Shown: positions 30,095 through 42,102 of the stretch, piece by piece | Position numbering within the stretch: the stretch's first letter is position 1 | How the letters are laid out: every line of letters begins with the position of its first letter | NCBI GenBank assembly: GCA_002455425.1 | Contig: DKKT01000071.1 | Span: forward strand, 214,835 to 278,834 | Length of the DNA: 64,000 nucleotides | Direction: 5' to 3' | Source: Chthonomonas sp. UBA6659 | Lineage (GTDB): Bacteria > Armatimonadota > Fimbriimonadia > Fimbriimonadales > Fimbriimonadaceae | Position numbers and translations under genes: made by a program | The notes under the pieces: model-generated | Database searches by the model: none | What the model saw: the letters and a program-made list of their open reading frames with translations, nothing else | Told to the model about the DNA's origin: nothing

Positions 30095-30862
30095 GTGCCG
30101 CTCTTCCTCTACACTTTGGCCCTGCGTGACTTCCTGCGGCCGCGTCGCATCGTCGTGTGGATCCTCGTGGCCCTCAGTCTGCTCGCCCTCGGCCTGGTCT
30201 GGCGCTCGGTCTATGCGGGGAGCCCTCGTGAGGACTACGCCAGCCTCAGCTCGATCTTCGTGTTTCGGCTGATCGCGCTCTCGTCGGCGATTTTCGCGAC
30301 TGCGATCGTCACGCAGGAGGTCGAACAGAAGACGATCGTGTACCTGCTGACCCGCCCGATCCCTCGATGGCAGTTGCTCGCTTCTCGGATGCTCGCTGCG
30401 GCCACGGTCGTGTTCGGTGTGACGGTCCTAGCGATCCTGGCGACATCGATCGCGATCTATGGCTTTCGGTTTGGGTCGAACCCGCTCCTCGTCAATGATC
30501 TCAAGGCCGCCGCGGTCGGGTCGCTGGCCTATGTGTCGCTATTCACGATGTTCACGCTTGTGATCAATCGGGCTATGGTCGTGTGCCTGATCTACGCCTT
30601 CCTCTGGGAGGTCGGCATCCCCAATTTCAGCGGCGACCTCTTCTACACGTCGATCTTCAGCTACCTCCAAGCGATCGCCGAACATCCCGCCCTCCCGACC
30701 CAGCAGATGCTGGTTTCGGCCCTGGCGGGCCAAGGTGGAGACGCCGCCCTCGTGGCCGGCACCGCCTGGCCCGTGTTGCTCATCCTCATCGGGTCGCTGA
30801 CCGGGCTCGCGATGTGGTGGTTCACCCACTTCGAATATGTCCCGCGCGAAGACGCCGAATAA
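30095..30862 (+). CDS. ABC-2 type transporter permease (second)
   Basis: Six hydrophobic segments. Immediately follows the ATPase. Confidence 0.65.
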   Translation: MPLFLYTLALRDFLRPRRIVVWILVALSLLALGLVWRSVYAGSPREDYASLSSIFVFRLIALSSAIFATAIVTQEVEQKTIVYLLTRPIPRWQLLASRMLAAATVVFGVTVLAILATSIAIYGFRFGSNPLLVNDLKAAAVGSLAYVSLFTMFTLVINRAMVVCLIYAFLWEVGIPNFSGDLFYTSIFSYLQAIAEHPALPTQQMLVSALAGQGGDAALVAGTAWPVLLILIGSLTGLAMWWFTHFEYVPREDAE

Positions 30863-31057
30863 CCGGATCAATACCAGGGGAACCGCGTGCCCCACGTTTT
30901 CTTACCAGGATCGATCGAAAACCCGTAAGAACGCGTGAAATCAAAGTAAAAATACTGGGTTCTCCCCGCACAATCCCTGGAATATCCGACCTGTAACCCG
31001 TCGTGGGAGTAGCCCCGGGGCTTAGGATGAGCCCCCAACGGGAGACACGGAGGAACC

Positions 31058-32500
31058 ATGTCAGCTTTTCGCGTAAACACCAACGTCATGGCGATGAACG
31101 CCCTGAGAAGTCTGTCTCTGACAGGCACCGACTTCTCCAGTTCTATGAGCAAGCTCTCGACCGGTTTCCGGATCAACTCCGCGGCCGACGACCCTGCGGG
31201 CCTCATCGTGTCGGAGACCTTTCGCGCCCAGATTTCGGGCATCCAGCAGGCCATGCAGAACGGCCAGGATGCCGTCAACTACGCCAAGACCGCAGAAGGC
31301 GCACTGAACGAAGTGAACAAGCTCTTGCGTGACGCTCGAGCTCTGGCGGTTTCGTCCGCGAACTCGGCCACGATGACGGACGCCCAGAAGCAGGCCAATC
31401 AAGCCCAGCTCAATTCGATCGCGTCGTCGGTCAGCCGCATCGCCCAGCAGACCCAGTTCGGTTCGAAAAAGCTGCTTGACGGGTCCGCCGGTACCTATGC
31501 GGTGTCCACGAGCGGAGCCAACGTCTCGTCGATGTCGTTCAGCGGCGTCTTCAATGGCAACGCCGTCACCACCAACTCCACGGTGACCGTGACCAACTTG
31601 ACGGCCGCGACCCGAGCGTCGGTCACCGCCACGCGAAGCTTCGCCGCCGCCGACACCACGATGACGAACGCCGGATCGTTCACGATCAACGGTGTCAGCT
31701 TCAACGTCACGACCAACGACACCATCAGCGACGTCGTGGCCCGGATCAACAATTCGTCCTCGCAGACCGGCGTTACCGCCAACTGGTCCGCCGGTGCAGG
31801 GGTCACGCTCACGTCGACCGGTTTCGGCTCCGACCAGAAAGTCGATCTCATCGACTCGAACGCCGTCCTGCGCACGGCCGCAGGTACGCAAAGCGCAAGC
31901 GGCACCGACGCCTCTGCCGACGTCGTGATCGACACGGACGGAGCCGGCACCTTGGCGACCGTATCTTTCGCGAGCGGTCGGGGCCTGGTCCTTCGCGACA
32001 AGTACGGCAACGCCATCACGTTGACCGAGGCCGGCAATGCCGGTGCCGGTGGCGGCTGGGGCCGTGTGAACGTCGGTGCGAGCATCTTCCAGATCGGCGC
32101 CAATGCGGGCCAGACCACGAGCCTCTCCCTCGGCAATTTCGCCGCCTCGAACTTGGGCCGGGGAGCGGTTTCGGGTCTGGACCTCAGCAATCTGGACGTG
32201 ACAACGCAGGCCGGTTCCGACAACGCCATCCGCGTCATCGATAAAGCGATCGAAGACATCACCGCCGCGCGAGGCAACATCGGCAACTTCCAGCGCAACG
32301 TGCTCGAATCGAACAGCCGGGCGCTCGGCATTGCCAAGGAGAACCTGAGCGCTTCCGAGTCCTCGATCCGAGACGTCGACGTCGCCAACGAAATGACGAA
32401 CTTCACCAAGCTCCAGATCCTCCAGCAGAGCGGCCTTGCGATGCTGGCGCAGGCGAACAGTGCACCGCAAGCCGTGCTGTCGCTCCTGCGAGGTGGATAG
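31058..32500 (+). CDS. fliC: flagellin
   Basis: Conserved N-terminal D0/D1 (MSAFRVNTNVMAMNALRSL…LSTGFRINSAADDPAG) and C-terminal (…TKLQILQQSGLAMLAQANSAPQAVLSLLRGG) helices, with a Thr/Ser/Ala/Gly-rich variable middle. Confidence 0.9.
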   Translation: MSAFRVNTNVMAMNALRSLSLTGTDFSSSMSKLSTGFRINSAADDPAGLIVSETFRAQISGIQQAMQNGQDAVNYAKTAEGALNEVNKLLRDARALAVSSANSATMTDAQKQANQAQLNSIASSVSRIAQQTQFGSKKLLDGSAGTYAVSTSGANVSSMSFSGVFNGNAVTTNSTVTVTNLTAATRASVTATRSFAAADTTMTNAGSFTINGVSFNVTTNDTISDVVARINNSSSQTGVTANWSAGAGVTLTSTGFGSDQKVDLIDSNAVLRTAAGTQSASGTDASADVVIDTDGAGTLATVSFASGRGLVLRDKYGNAITLTEAGNAGAGGGWGRVNVGASIFQIGANAGQTTSLSLGNFAASNLGRGAVSGLDLSNLDVTTQAGSDNAIRVIDKAIEDITAARGNIGNFQRNVLESNSRALGIAKENLSASESSIRDVDVANEMTNFTKLQILQQSGLAMLAQANSAPQAVLSLLRGG

Positions 32501-32570
32501 TTGATCGACTTTGCTTCCCTTACGCGAAAAGAAGGCCCGGGCTATGCCCGGGTCCTTTTCGCGTGGGATG

Positions 32571-33821
32571 CTACTTCGTCTGTGGGCTGAAGCTCGGGTT
32601 CGCGAAGTCGCCCTTGCCCCCGGTCAGGTTCTGCTCCGTTCCTCCGTCCGATGGGATCGCGTAGAGCGATCGCTTCCCCTCGCTGTCTCGCTTGGCGAAC
32701 ACGAGCTTCGTGCCGCTTGGATGCCAGCTCGGCTCGTAGATCGTGCCCTGGCTCAGGGGGCGGGCGCGATCGATTCCGCGCTCCTCGACCGGAAGCACGA
32801 CCAGGCTCGCGGGAACGAACTGTTCCTGTTCGTCCACCGTCCCCGCCACGACGGCGACGCTCTTGCCGTCCGGGGAGAGCCGTGGCGACGCGAGGACCTG
32901 CCGCTCTTTCGTGATGAAGAGATTCAGGGTCTTCGGGCCACCGGGCGTCTCCGGGTTGATCACGATGAGCCCGTTCAGATATGGCGTCGTCGCCTTGCCG
33001 TCCTTGATGAATTCGGCAGGCACTTCGGTCGGCCACCGGAATCCCTGGATGGACACCACGACCTCGCCTGAGGGCGCGACGTCGAAGTCGATCTTGTTTC
33101 CGGCCGCGATCGGTGCCGGGGGAGCGATCTGCAGGCCCTTGTCCGTCATCTCCGGCTCGACGCCTTGGTAAACGAGGATTTCGTCCCCGTTCTCGCGCAC
33201 CATCTTCGCCACGATCCACCGGCGGCCGGGGCCCCACTGGGCCTCCTGGAAGCTCTTGCCGAGATCGCGGTACATCGAATCGAATTGGCCGCTCGAACCG
33301 CCTTCCTCGTCCATCGCGCGTTCCTCCGTCGTCGGAGGCAGGACCTGTCTCCCACTGCCCGTTTTGGGGTCGTATTGCACGACGAATCCGCCCGCGGTGA
33401 TGAGGAAGTCGACGTTGGCCTGTGGGTCGCCTTTGGGCCCACACCAGAGACTGCCTTTGCTGCGCGAACCCGACGACCGCTTTTCGACCTTGCCCGATTG
33501 TGGATTCCAGCGGAAGATCTCGTAGGCTCCACCGGCGCGGTTGCTGCTGAAGAAGACGCGGTTCCCGTCGGGGCGCCACACCGGCTCTTGATCGCTCGAA
33601 CCCGCTCGATGGTCGGGGGCCGCGACGATCGCGCCGTCCGGCTTGATCACGATCACCTGACTTCCCTCGTCCAGTCGCTGGACGGCTACGACCCAGTCGG
33701 CCGTGTCCGCCTTGCCGAAGTCGAAATCTCCCTGCAGGCTCCGAAACCACTGGAAGGCGACGACGAGCACGGCTATCAATCCGATGCCCACCGCAAAGCG
33801 TATCGCGAGCTTCTTGTTCAT
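32571..33821 (-). CDS. TolB-like PD40/WD40 beta-propeller repeat protein with N-terminal membrane anchor or signal
   Basis: MNKKLAIRFAVGIGLIAVLVVAF anchor. Repeated PD40 blades (…SPDGKSVA…, …WHPSGTKLVF…, …WRPDGNRVFFSS…). Confidence 0.6.
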   Translation of the reverse strand: MNKKLAIRFAVGIGLIAVLVVAFQWFRSLQGDFDFGKADTADWVVAVQRLDEGSQVIVIKPDGAIVAAPDHRAGSSDQEPVWRPDGNRVFFSSNRAGGAYEIFRWNPQSGKVEKRSSGSRSKGSLWCGPKGDPQANVDFLITAGGFVVQYDPKTGSGRQVLPPTTEERAMDEEGGSSGQFDSMYRDLGKSFQEAQWGPGRRWIVAKMVRENGDEILVYQGVEPEMTDKGLQIAPPAPIAAGNKIDFDVAPSGEVVVSIQGFRWPTEVPAEFIKDGKATTPYLNGLIVINPETPGGPKTLNLFITKERQVLASPRLSPDGKSVAVVAGTVDEQEQFVPASLVVLPVEERGIDRARPLSQGTIYEPSWHPSGTKLVFAKRDSEGKRSLYAIPSDGGTEQNLTGGKGDFANPSFSPQTK

Positions 33822-33890
33822 CCGGGTGACGCTATTGTATCCCCCCGGACACGCGAACGGGCCCGACAAGGTCGGGCCCGTTCGACGAGT

Positions 33891-34427
33891 CTACCAACGC
33901 GCGCGGGTCTCGTCGTGCCCGACAAACCCTCCGCTGCCCCCGATGCCGATGACCTCGACTCGGAGCGTCGCCCAGAAGAGCCAGTAGCCCCGCCAGGTCC
34001 ACGCAGTCGTGCTGATCGCCTGGGCCGGGCTAGTGAAGAACAGAGTGTTACTCGTGTTGTAGAACTTGAACTGAACTGCAGTCGGAGGTGACCCGATTCC
34101 TTGGGGTGCCCGCCAATACCCACCGAATCGCTTGATCGGAACTAGGAATCTCCACTCCACGTCTCCGCCCCAGCAGACCATCGCGTGATTCCCGTTGAAA
34201 GGGGGCAGGAACGTCGGCGTCATGTTCTGGACGATGTGAAGTTGCGCGCCCGGCGTAATCGGGTTCGTCGTGGCCCAAGGTCCCATCGTGGAGAGCGTCG
34301 TGTACACCCCCAGAACTTGACTGTCGTAGTTTTCGAGAATGTTTGGCAAGAACGGACCGATCGGAATCTGGGCACAGGCGAACCCGCCCAGCGCCGCGCC
34401 GATCAACGCAGCAAGGCATTTCTTCAT
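33891..34427 (-). CDS. secreted paralogue A of a novel five-member family (178 aa)
   Basis: Signal peptide (…GFACAQ). Family motifs ENYDSQ, FLPPFNG, KRFGGYWR, FFTSP, GHDETRARW. Confidence 0.7.
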   Translation of the reverse strand: MKKCLAALIGAALGGFACAQIPIGPFLPNILENYDSQVLGVYTTLSTMGPWATTNPITPGAQLHIVQNMTPTFLPPFNGNHAMVCWGGDVEWRFLVPIKRFGGYWRAPQGIGSPPTAVQFKFYNTSNTLFFTSPAQAISTTAWTWRGYWLFWATLRVEVIGIGGSGGFVGHDETRARW

Positions 34428-34477
34428 TCGGACCTCCGGCTCGCGCCTCGCGCGAGCGCGCGTTCAGGCTCGGCGGT

Positions 34478-34993
34478 CTACCACCACCGAGCGCGGGTGT
34501 TGTCGTGTCCCACGAAGCCGGGGCTCGGGACGCCCTCGATGATCACACTGCCACACGCAGTGAAAAGGAAGTAGCCGTACCACTGCCAGCTCGTGGTGGT
34601 GATGGGTAGCACGGGGCTCGTGAACCAGGGTGCGCCGGCGGTGGTGAAGAACCGCATGCGAAGGCCGGTCACCCACGTGGCGGCTGATCGCCATCGCCCC
34701 CCAAAACGTCGAAGCGGGAAGTTGAACCGCCAAGCGACATCGCTTTGGATGCCGTACATGCACTGCGTGCCGTTGAATGGCGGGAGAAACGTGAACGAGC
34801 CGACATCCATCGGCGCACCGGTAATCGCATTCGCCGTCGCGAATCCGCTCATCGCGGGAAAGAACGCGTAGAGGCCGGCCACCATCGAATCGTAGTTCTC
34901 GATCAACGGGGACGCAAAGACTGGATTCGGCATCTGCGAGTGGGCCGCACCGCTGAGGACGCCAAGCACAACAAACGGGATGAGTCTTTTCAT
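34478..34993 (-). CDS. secreted paralogue B of the novel family (171 aa)
   Basis: Signal peptide (…AAHSQ). Motifs ENYDSM, FLPPFNGTQCMYG, RRFGGRWR, WFTSPVLPITTTSWQWYGY, GHDNTRARWW. Confidence 0.7.
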   Translation of the reverse strand: MKRLIPFVVLGVLSGAAHSQMPNPVFASPLIENYDSMVAGLYAFFPAMSGFATANAITGAPMDVGSFTFLPPFNGTQCMYGIQSDVAWRFNFPLRRFGGRWRSAATWVTGLRMRFFTTAGAPWFTSPVLPITTTSWQWYGYFLFTACGSVIIEGVPSPGFVGHDNTRARWW

Positions 34994-35022
34994 AGGTCTA
35001 TCTCCGGAGCATGATCAAAGCA

Positions 35023-35538
35023 CTACCACCAACGAGCGCGAGTGTTATCGTGGCCGACGTAGCCCGGCGTGGGGACTCCCTCGATGATGACGCTGCCTAC
35101 GAATACGAACGTCCAGTACCCGTACCACTGCCAGCTCGTCGTGTTGATCGGCAGGACCGGGCTTGTGAACCAAAGCGTGTTTGCCAGCGTGTAGAACCGC
35201 ATCCGGAAACCGGTCGTCGCGGTCGAAGCCGACCGCCAGCGCCCCCCGAATCGGCGCATGCCGAAGTTGAACCGCCACTGGACATCGGTCGAGATACCGT
35301 ACATGCACTGGAGCCCGTTCCAAGGGGGAAGGAAGGTGAAATTCCCGACGTCCATCAGCGCTCCGGTGATCGCAGTGACCGTCGCGTTGCCCGACATCGC
35401 AGGGAACGTCGGGTAAACGCCCGCGGCCATGGTGTCATAGTCCTCGACCAGGGGCGTGAAGAACGGCGGATTCGCGATCTGGGCATTTGCCGCAACGGCG
35501 ATCGCGGACAAGGCGAGAATGGGAAGCAGTTTCTTCAT
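35023..35538 (-). CDS. secreted paralogue C of the novel family (171 aa)
   Basis: Signal peptide (…VAANAQ). Motifs EDYDTM, FLPPWNGLQCMYG, RRFGGRWR, WFTSPVLPINTTSWQWYGY, GHDNTRARWW. Confidence 0.7.
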   Translation of the reverse strand: MKKLLPILALSAIAVAANAQIANPPFFTPLVEDYDTMAAGVYPTFPAMSGNATVTAITGALMDVGNFTFLPPWNGLQCMYGISTDVQWRFNFGMRRFGGRWRSASTATTGFRMRFYTLANTLWFTSPVLPINTTSWQWYGYWTFVFVGSVIIEGVPTPGYVGHDNTRARWW

Positions 35539-35562
35539 AGTATTTGCAAGTCTCCGTGTGTC

Positions 35563-35594
35563 TTCGTCGGCCTCAGTGGGTTGAAGCCGACGGG
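35563..35594 (-). terminator. hairpin between paralogues D and C (cgtcggc…gccgacg)
   Basis: 7-bp+ inverted repeat located just after the stop of paralogue D on the minus strand. Could be an intra-operon attenuator. Confidence 0.25.
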
Positions 35595-35601
35595 AAAGCC
35601 C

Positions 35602-36132
35602 CTACCACCATCGGGCGCGGGTGCCATCGTGGCCGACAAAGCCCCCGAACGGGACACCGAGAACTTCGGCCTTGTTGCAGAGCGCGAAGAGGAAGTGGCC
35701 GTACCACGTCCAAGACGTGGTGTTGATGGGGAGCACTGGGCTCGTGAACCACACCGTGCCCGAAGGCAGCGTATAGCGAATCTGCATGCCGGTCGTGGCG
35801 GTCGAAGCGGCCCGCCAATAGCCTCCGAAACGCCGCATCGGAATGATGAAGCGCCAGTCCACATCGGTCTGGTTCCCGAACATGCACTGAAGCCCATTGA
35901 ACGGCGGGAGGAAGCCGAAGCTACCGACGTCGAGCGGTGCTCCCGAGATCGTATTCGCCGTCGCGAACGGAGTTCCGCCCACGAACATCGCCGGGAAGCC
36001 TGCGTAAGAGCCCGCCGGCATGGTGTCGTAGTTCTCGACGCAAGGGGTCGGGAACCAAGCTTGAGGTAGCTGCCCGATTGCGCTGGACGCCGCCAAGGCC
36101 CCGGTCAAAGCAAAAAGGATGCGTTTCATCAT
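35602..36132 (-). CDS. secreted paralogue D of the novel family (176 aa)
   Basis: Signal peptide (…SSAIGQ). Motifs ENYDTM, FLPPFNGLQCMFG, RRFGGYWR, WFTSPVLPINTTSWTWYGH, GHDGTRARWW. Confidence 0.7.
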   Translation of the reverse strand: MMKRILFALTGALAASSAIGQLPQAWFPTPCVENYDTMPAGSYAGFPAMFVGGTPFATANTISGAPLDVGSFGFLPPFNGLQCMFGNQTDVDWRFIIPMRRFGGYWRAASTATTGMQIRYTLPSGTVWFTSPVLPINTTSWTWYGHFLFALCNKAEVLGVPFGGFVGHDGTRARWW

Positions 36133-36155
36133 GATATCTCCTGCCTTGGAACCGG

Positions 36156-36686
36156 TTACCAGGGTCTGGCACGAGTGTCGTCATGACCGACATAGCCTGG
36201 GCCTGGGACGCCGATGACCTCGACGCGACTGAAGAACTGGAAGGTCCAATAGCCGTACCAGGTGTAGCCGGTGGTGGTGATCGGAAGAGGCGGCGAAGTG
36301 TAGAACAAGACGTTCGAGGTGTTGTAGAACCGGAACCGGACGGCGGTGGTTCCAGCTCCACCGACGGCCGTTCGCCAATAGCCCCCGAACCGACGCATCG
36401 GAGCGGTGAACCGCCACTCGACGTCGCACTGGCGACCAAACATCGCCTGAGTCCCGGTAAGCGGGGGAAGAGGCGCGCCGGTTGTTGCGAGAACCGCCAT
36501 CAGACCTGCCGGAGGGATCGCCGTCGTCACGGCCCAAGGCCCCATGGATGGGAACGAGCTGTAAGCGCCGATCCCCATCGAGTCGTACTGCTCGTTGATC
36601 CACGTCGGGAAGGGCGGGATCGAGATTTGGGCCTGAGAAGCGGCAGCCACCGTCGCCAAGGATGCCAGAGCCAAGAATCGCCTCAA
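36156..36686 (-). CDS. secreted paralogue E of the novel family (176 aa)
   Basis: Signal peptide (…ASQAQ). Motifs EQYDSM, LPPLTGTQAMFG, RRFGGYWR, FYTSPPLPITTTGYTWYGY, GHDDTRARPW. Confidence 0.7.
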   Translation of the reverse strand: MRRFLALASLATVAAASQAQISIPPFPTWINEQYDSMGIGAYSSFPSMGPWAVTTAIPPAGLMAVLATTGAPLPPLTGTQAMFGRQCDVEWRFTAPMRRFGGYWRTAVGGAGTTAVRFRFYNTSNVLFYTSPPLPITTTGYTWYGYWTFQFFSRVEVIGVPGPGYVGHDDTRARPW

Positions 36687-36756
36687 GAGAGTCCTCCAAC
36701 TGTGTTCGTTGACATATTGCCTTTGACACTAGTGTAAGGCAAGTGGGACGAGGTGA

Positions 36757-40179
<3,423 letters not shown>

Positions 40180-40277
40180 GGAAGCGATTGTGACCGAAGC
40201 CCGCCGAGGCGTATCACACGCGTCAGGGCAACATCCTTTCAACGTTCGGCTCGCAGTTGTGCGGGGCGAGAGGAGAG

Positions 40278-41045
40278 ATGATGAGACGATTCACAGTTTT
40301 GTCTCTGGTTGTTCTGGGTGGACTGCAGGGAGCTTCGGCGATCGACGTCGTGATCCCGTATTCGACGGCGTACGGAACGAATCCAAGTTCGCCGGGCACG
40401 GGTCTATGTGGCGATTATTGGAACATGGGCCCGTTCTACGACAATTCAACGGCATGGGCGCATGCGGGGGCGAACCCGGCTGATGCAACCTTCAAGAGCA
40501 CGCTTCTGGACTACCCGAACGGCGGCATCGACACCTTATTCGACGGGAACTCCCTCAACGACTGGTTGGGCATCGACGCCGGCACCTTGATGCCCGCGGC
40601 GGTCGGGTCGAATGCTTTGGAGACGTCCCTTTGGCGTTTTCGCGGAGCGATTTCGATCTTGGACGCGTATGACCAGGATTCGGGTGCCCCCGGCATCAAC
40701 GTCACGTTCGGCCTCGGTTCGGACGACGGGAGCGGGCTCCGAATCGGGGGGATCGACGTGATCGACAACGGCGGCGACCACGGCTTCGGCTACATCGTTC
40801 AGCGAGTTTCCTTCGAGGCCGCTGGACTGTATCCCATCGATATCATCGCCTACGAGAACTTCGGCATCACCGGGATCGAGTGGGCAAGTTCGATCCCAGG
40901 TGGCCCAGATTCGGGCGTTCCGAGTGGAACCGTCGGAGTCGTTCCGACTTCGGTTTTGTACGACTGCGTCGTGCCGGAGCCCGGCTCGCTCCTCGCGATC
41001 GGCTTCGGCGTCACCCTGCTGGCTCTGCGCCGCCGTCGACGGTGA
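40278..41045 (+). CDS. PEP-CTERM sorting-domain secreted protein
   Basis: RBS aggagag. Signal peptide. C-terminus VVPEPGSLLAIGFGVTLLALRRRRR (PEP motif + TM + Arg cluster). Confidence 0.75.
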   Translation: MMRRFTVLSLVVLGGLQGASAIDVVIPYSTAYGTNPSSPGTGLCGDYWNMGPFYDNSTAWAHAGANPADATFKSTLLDYPNGGIDTLFDGNSLNDWLGIDAGTLMPAAVGSNALETSLWRFRGAISILDAYDQDSGAPGINVTFGLGSDDGSGLRIGGIDVIDNGGDHGFGYIVQRVSFEAAGLYPIDIIAYENFGITGIEWASSIPGGPDSGVPSGTVGVVPTSVLYDCVVPEPGSLLAIGFGVTLLALRRRRR

Positions 41046-41066
41046 AGTCCGCTTGGCGTTCCGGGC

Positions 41067-42083
41067 ATGCTTTGCCCGGAACGCCAAATCCTCTTGACGC
41101 TCGCGGTCGTATCTACGAGTGAGATGAAGCCGAACTACCCCGTTCCTTTCGCGCCTGGGGTCGATGTCTCTGCTTACCAGGCCCAGCGAGCGAACACGAT
41201 TCCGAATCCGATCCCCTTCTTGATCTTCGTCGGGTTCACGACGGCCGGCGTCTTGGTCTTTGGGCCGACCCCCCAAACCCCGATCGCGCTGTTCGGCATG
41301 ATCGCGTGCGCCGGCGTCGGCGGGCTGCTTGCCTCGGCCATTCGTGTCGCCGCCCAATGGGAGAAGGCACTCGTCTTCCGGCTCGGCAAGTATGTCTCGA
41401 CGAAGGGGCCGGGGATGTTCTGGATTCTGCCCTTCTTCGACGCCGTGAGGACGGTGGACACACGCATCATGACCCTCGAGATCCCGCGGCGACAGGCGAT
41501 CACCAAGGACAACGTCCCGGTGTCACTGGACGGCGTGATCTTCCTCCGGGTCAGCGACCCGGGCGAGGCGGTGATCAAGGTTCGCGATTACCAGCATGCG
41601 ATCCAGCAGTACGCTCAGACCGCGCTCCGCGACATTATCGGAAGCATGACCTTGGATGAGATCCTTGCCGATCGGGAGCTTGTGGGGCAGAAGATCGAGC
41701 ACCTGGTCGAGACGGAAGTGGACGGCTGGGGACTTGAAGTCGCCGGCATCCGAATCCAGGACATCGAGCTTCCCGAGGATCTCAAGCGGGTGATGGCCCG
41801 CCAGGCCTCGGCCGAGCGCGAAAAGCGAGCCACGATCACCAAGGCTGAGGGCGACCGGGAGGCGGCGGTCAACCTCGCCGCGGCGGCAGACATGATGTCG
41901 ACAAGTCCAGGAGCGCTCCAACTCCGGACCCTCCAAACCCTGGACGGCCTTGGGACCTCTCCCTCGAACACCGTCATCATCACCCTCCCGATGGAAATGG
42001 TCGATGCTCTCCGGGCAGTCCCGCAATTCGCCGACCTTCTCGCCAAGCAGTCGGAAAAGAAGCCGATCCACCCTGGCCCGTGA
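41067..42083 (+). CDS. SPFH/band-7 (stomatin-like, slipin) family membrane protein
   Basis: N-terminal TM segments followed by an SPFH core (…VSLDGVIFLRVSDPGEAVIKVRDYQHAIQQYAQTALRDIIG…) and a coiled-coil. Confidence 0.75.
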   Translation: MLCPERQILLTLAVVSTSEMKPNYPVPFAPGVDVSAYQAQRANTIPNPIPFLIFVGFTTAGVLVFGPTPQTPIALFGMIACAGVGGLLASAIRVAAQWEKALVFRLGKYVSTKGPGMFWILPFFDAVRTVDTRIMTLEIPRRQAITKDNVPVSLDGVIFLRVSDPGEAVIKVRDYQHAIQQYAQTALRDIIGSMTLDEILADRELVGQKIEHLVETEVDGWGLEVAGIRIQDIELPEDLKRVMARQASAEREKRATITKAEGDREAAVNLAAAADMMSTSPGALQLRTLQTLDGLGTSPSNTVIITLPMEMVDALRAVPQFADLLAKQSEKKPIHPGP

Positions 42084-42102
42084 CGTCGTGCTATAACCGG
42101 CC

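Noticed and set aside
31061-32470. 469-aa minus-strand ORF antisense to the flagellin gene
   Set aside because: Flagellin termini on the + strand are unambiguous.
32501-32570. Possible terminator after the flagellin gene
   Set aside because: Only a weak palindrome (gcccgggctatgcccgggtcc) with no U-tract, convergent with the PD40 gene end. Noted but not called.
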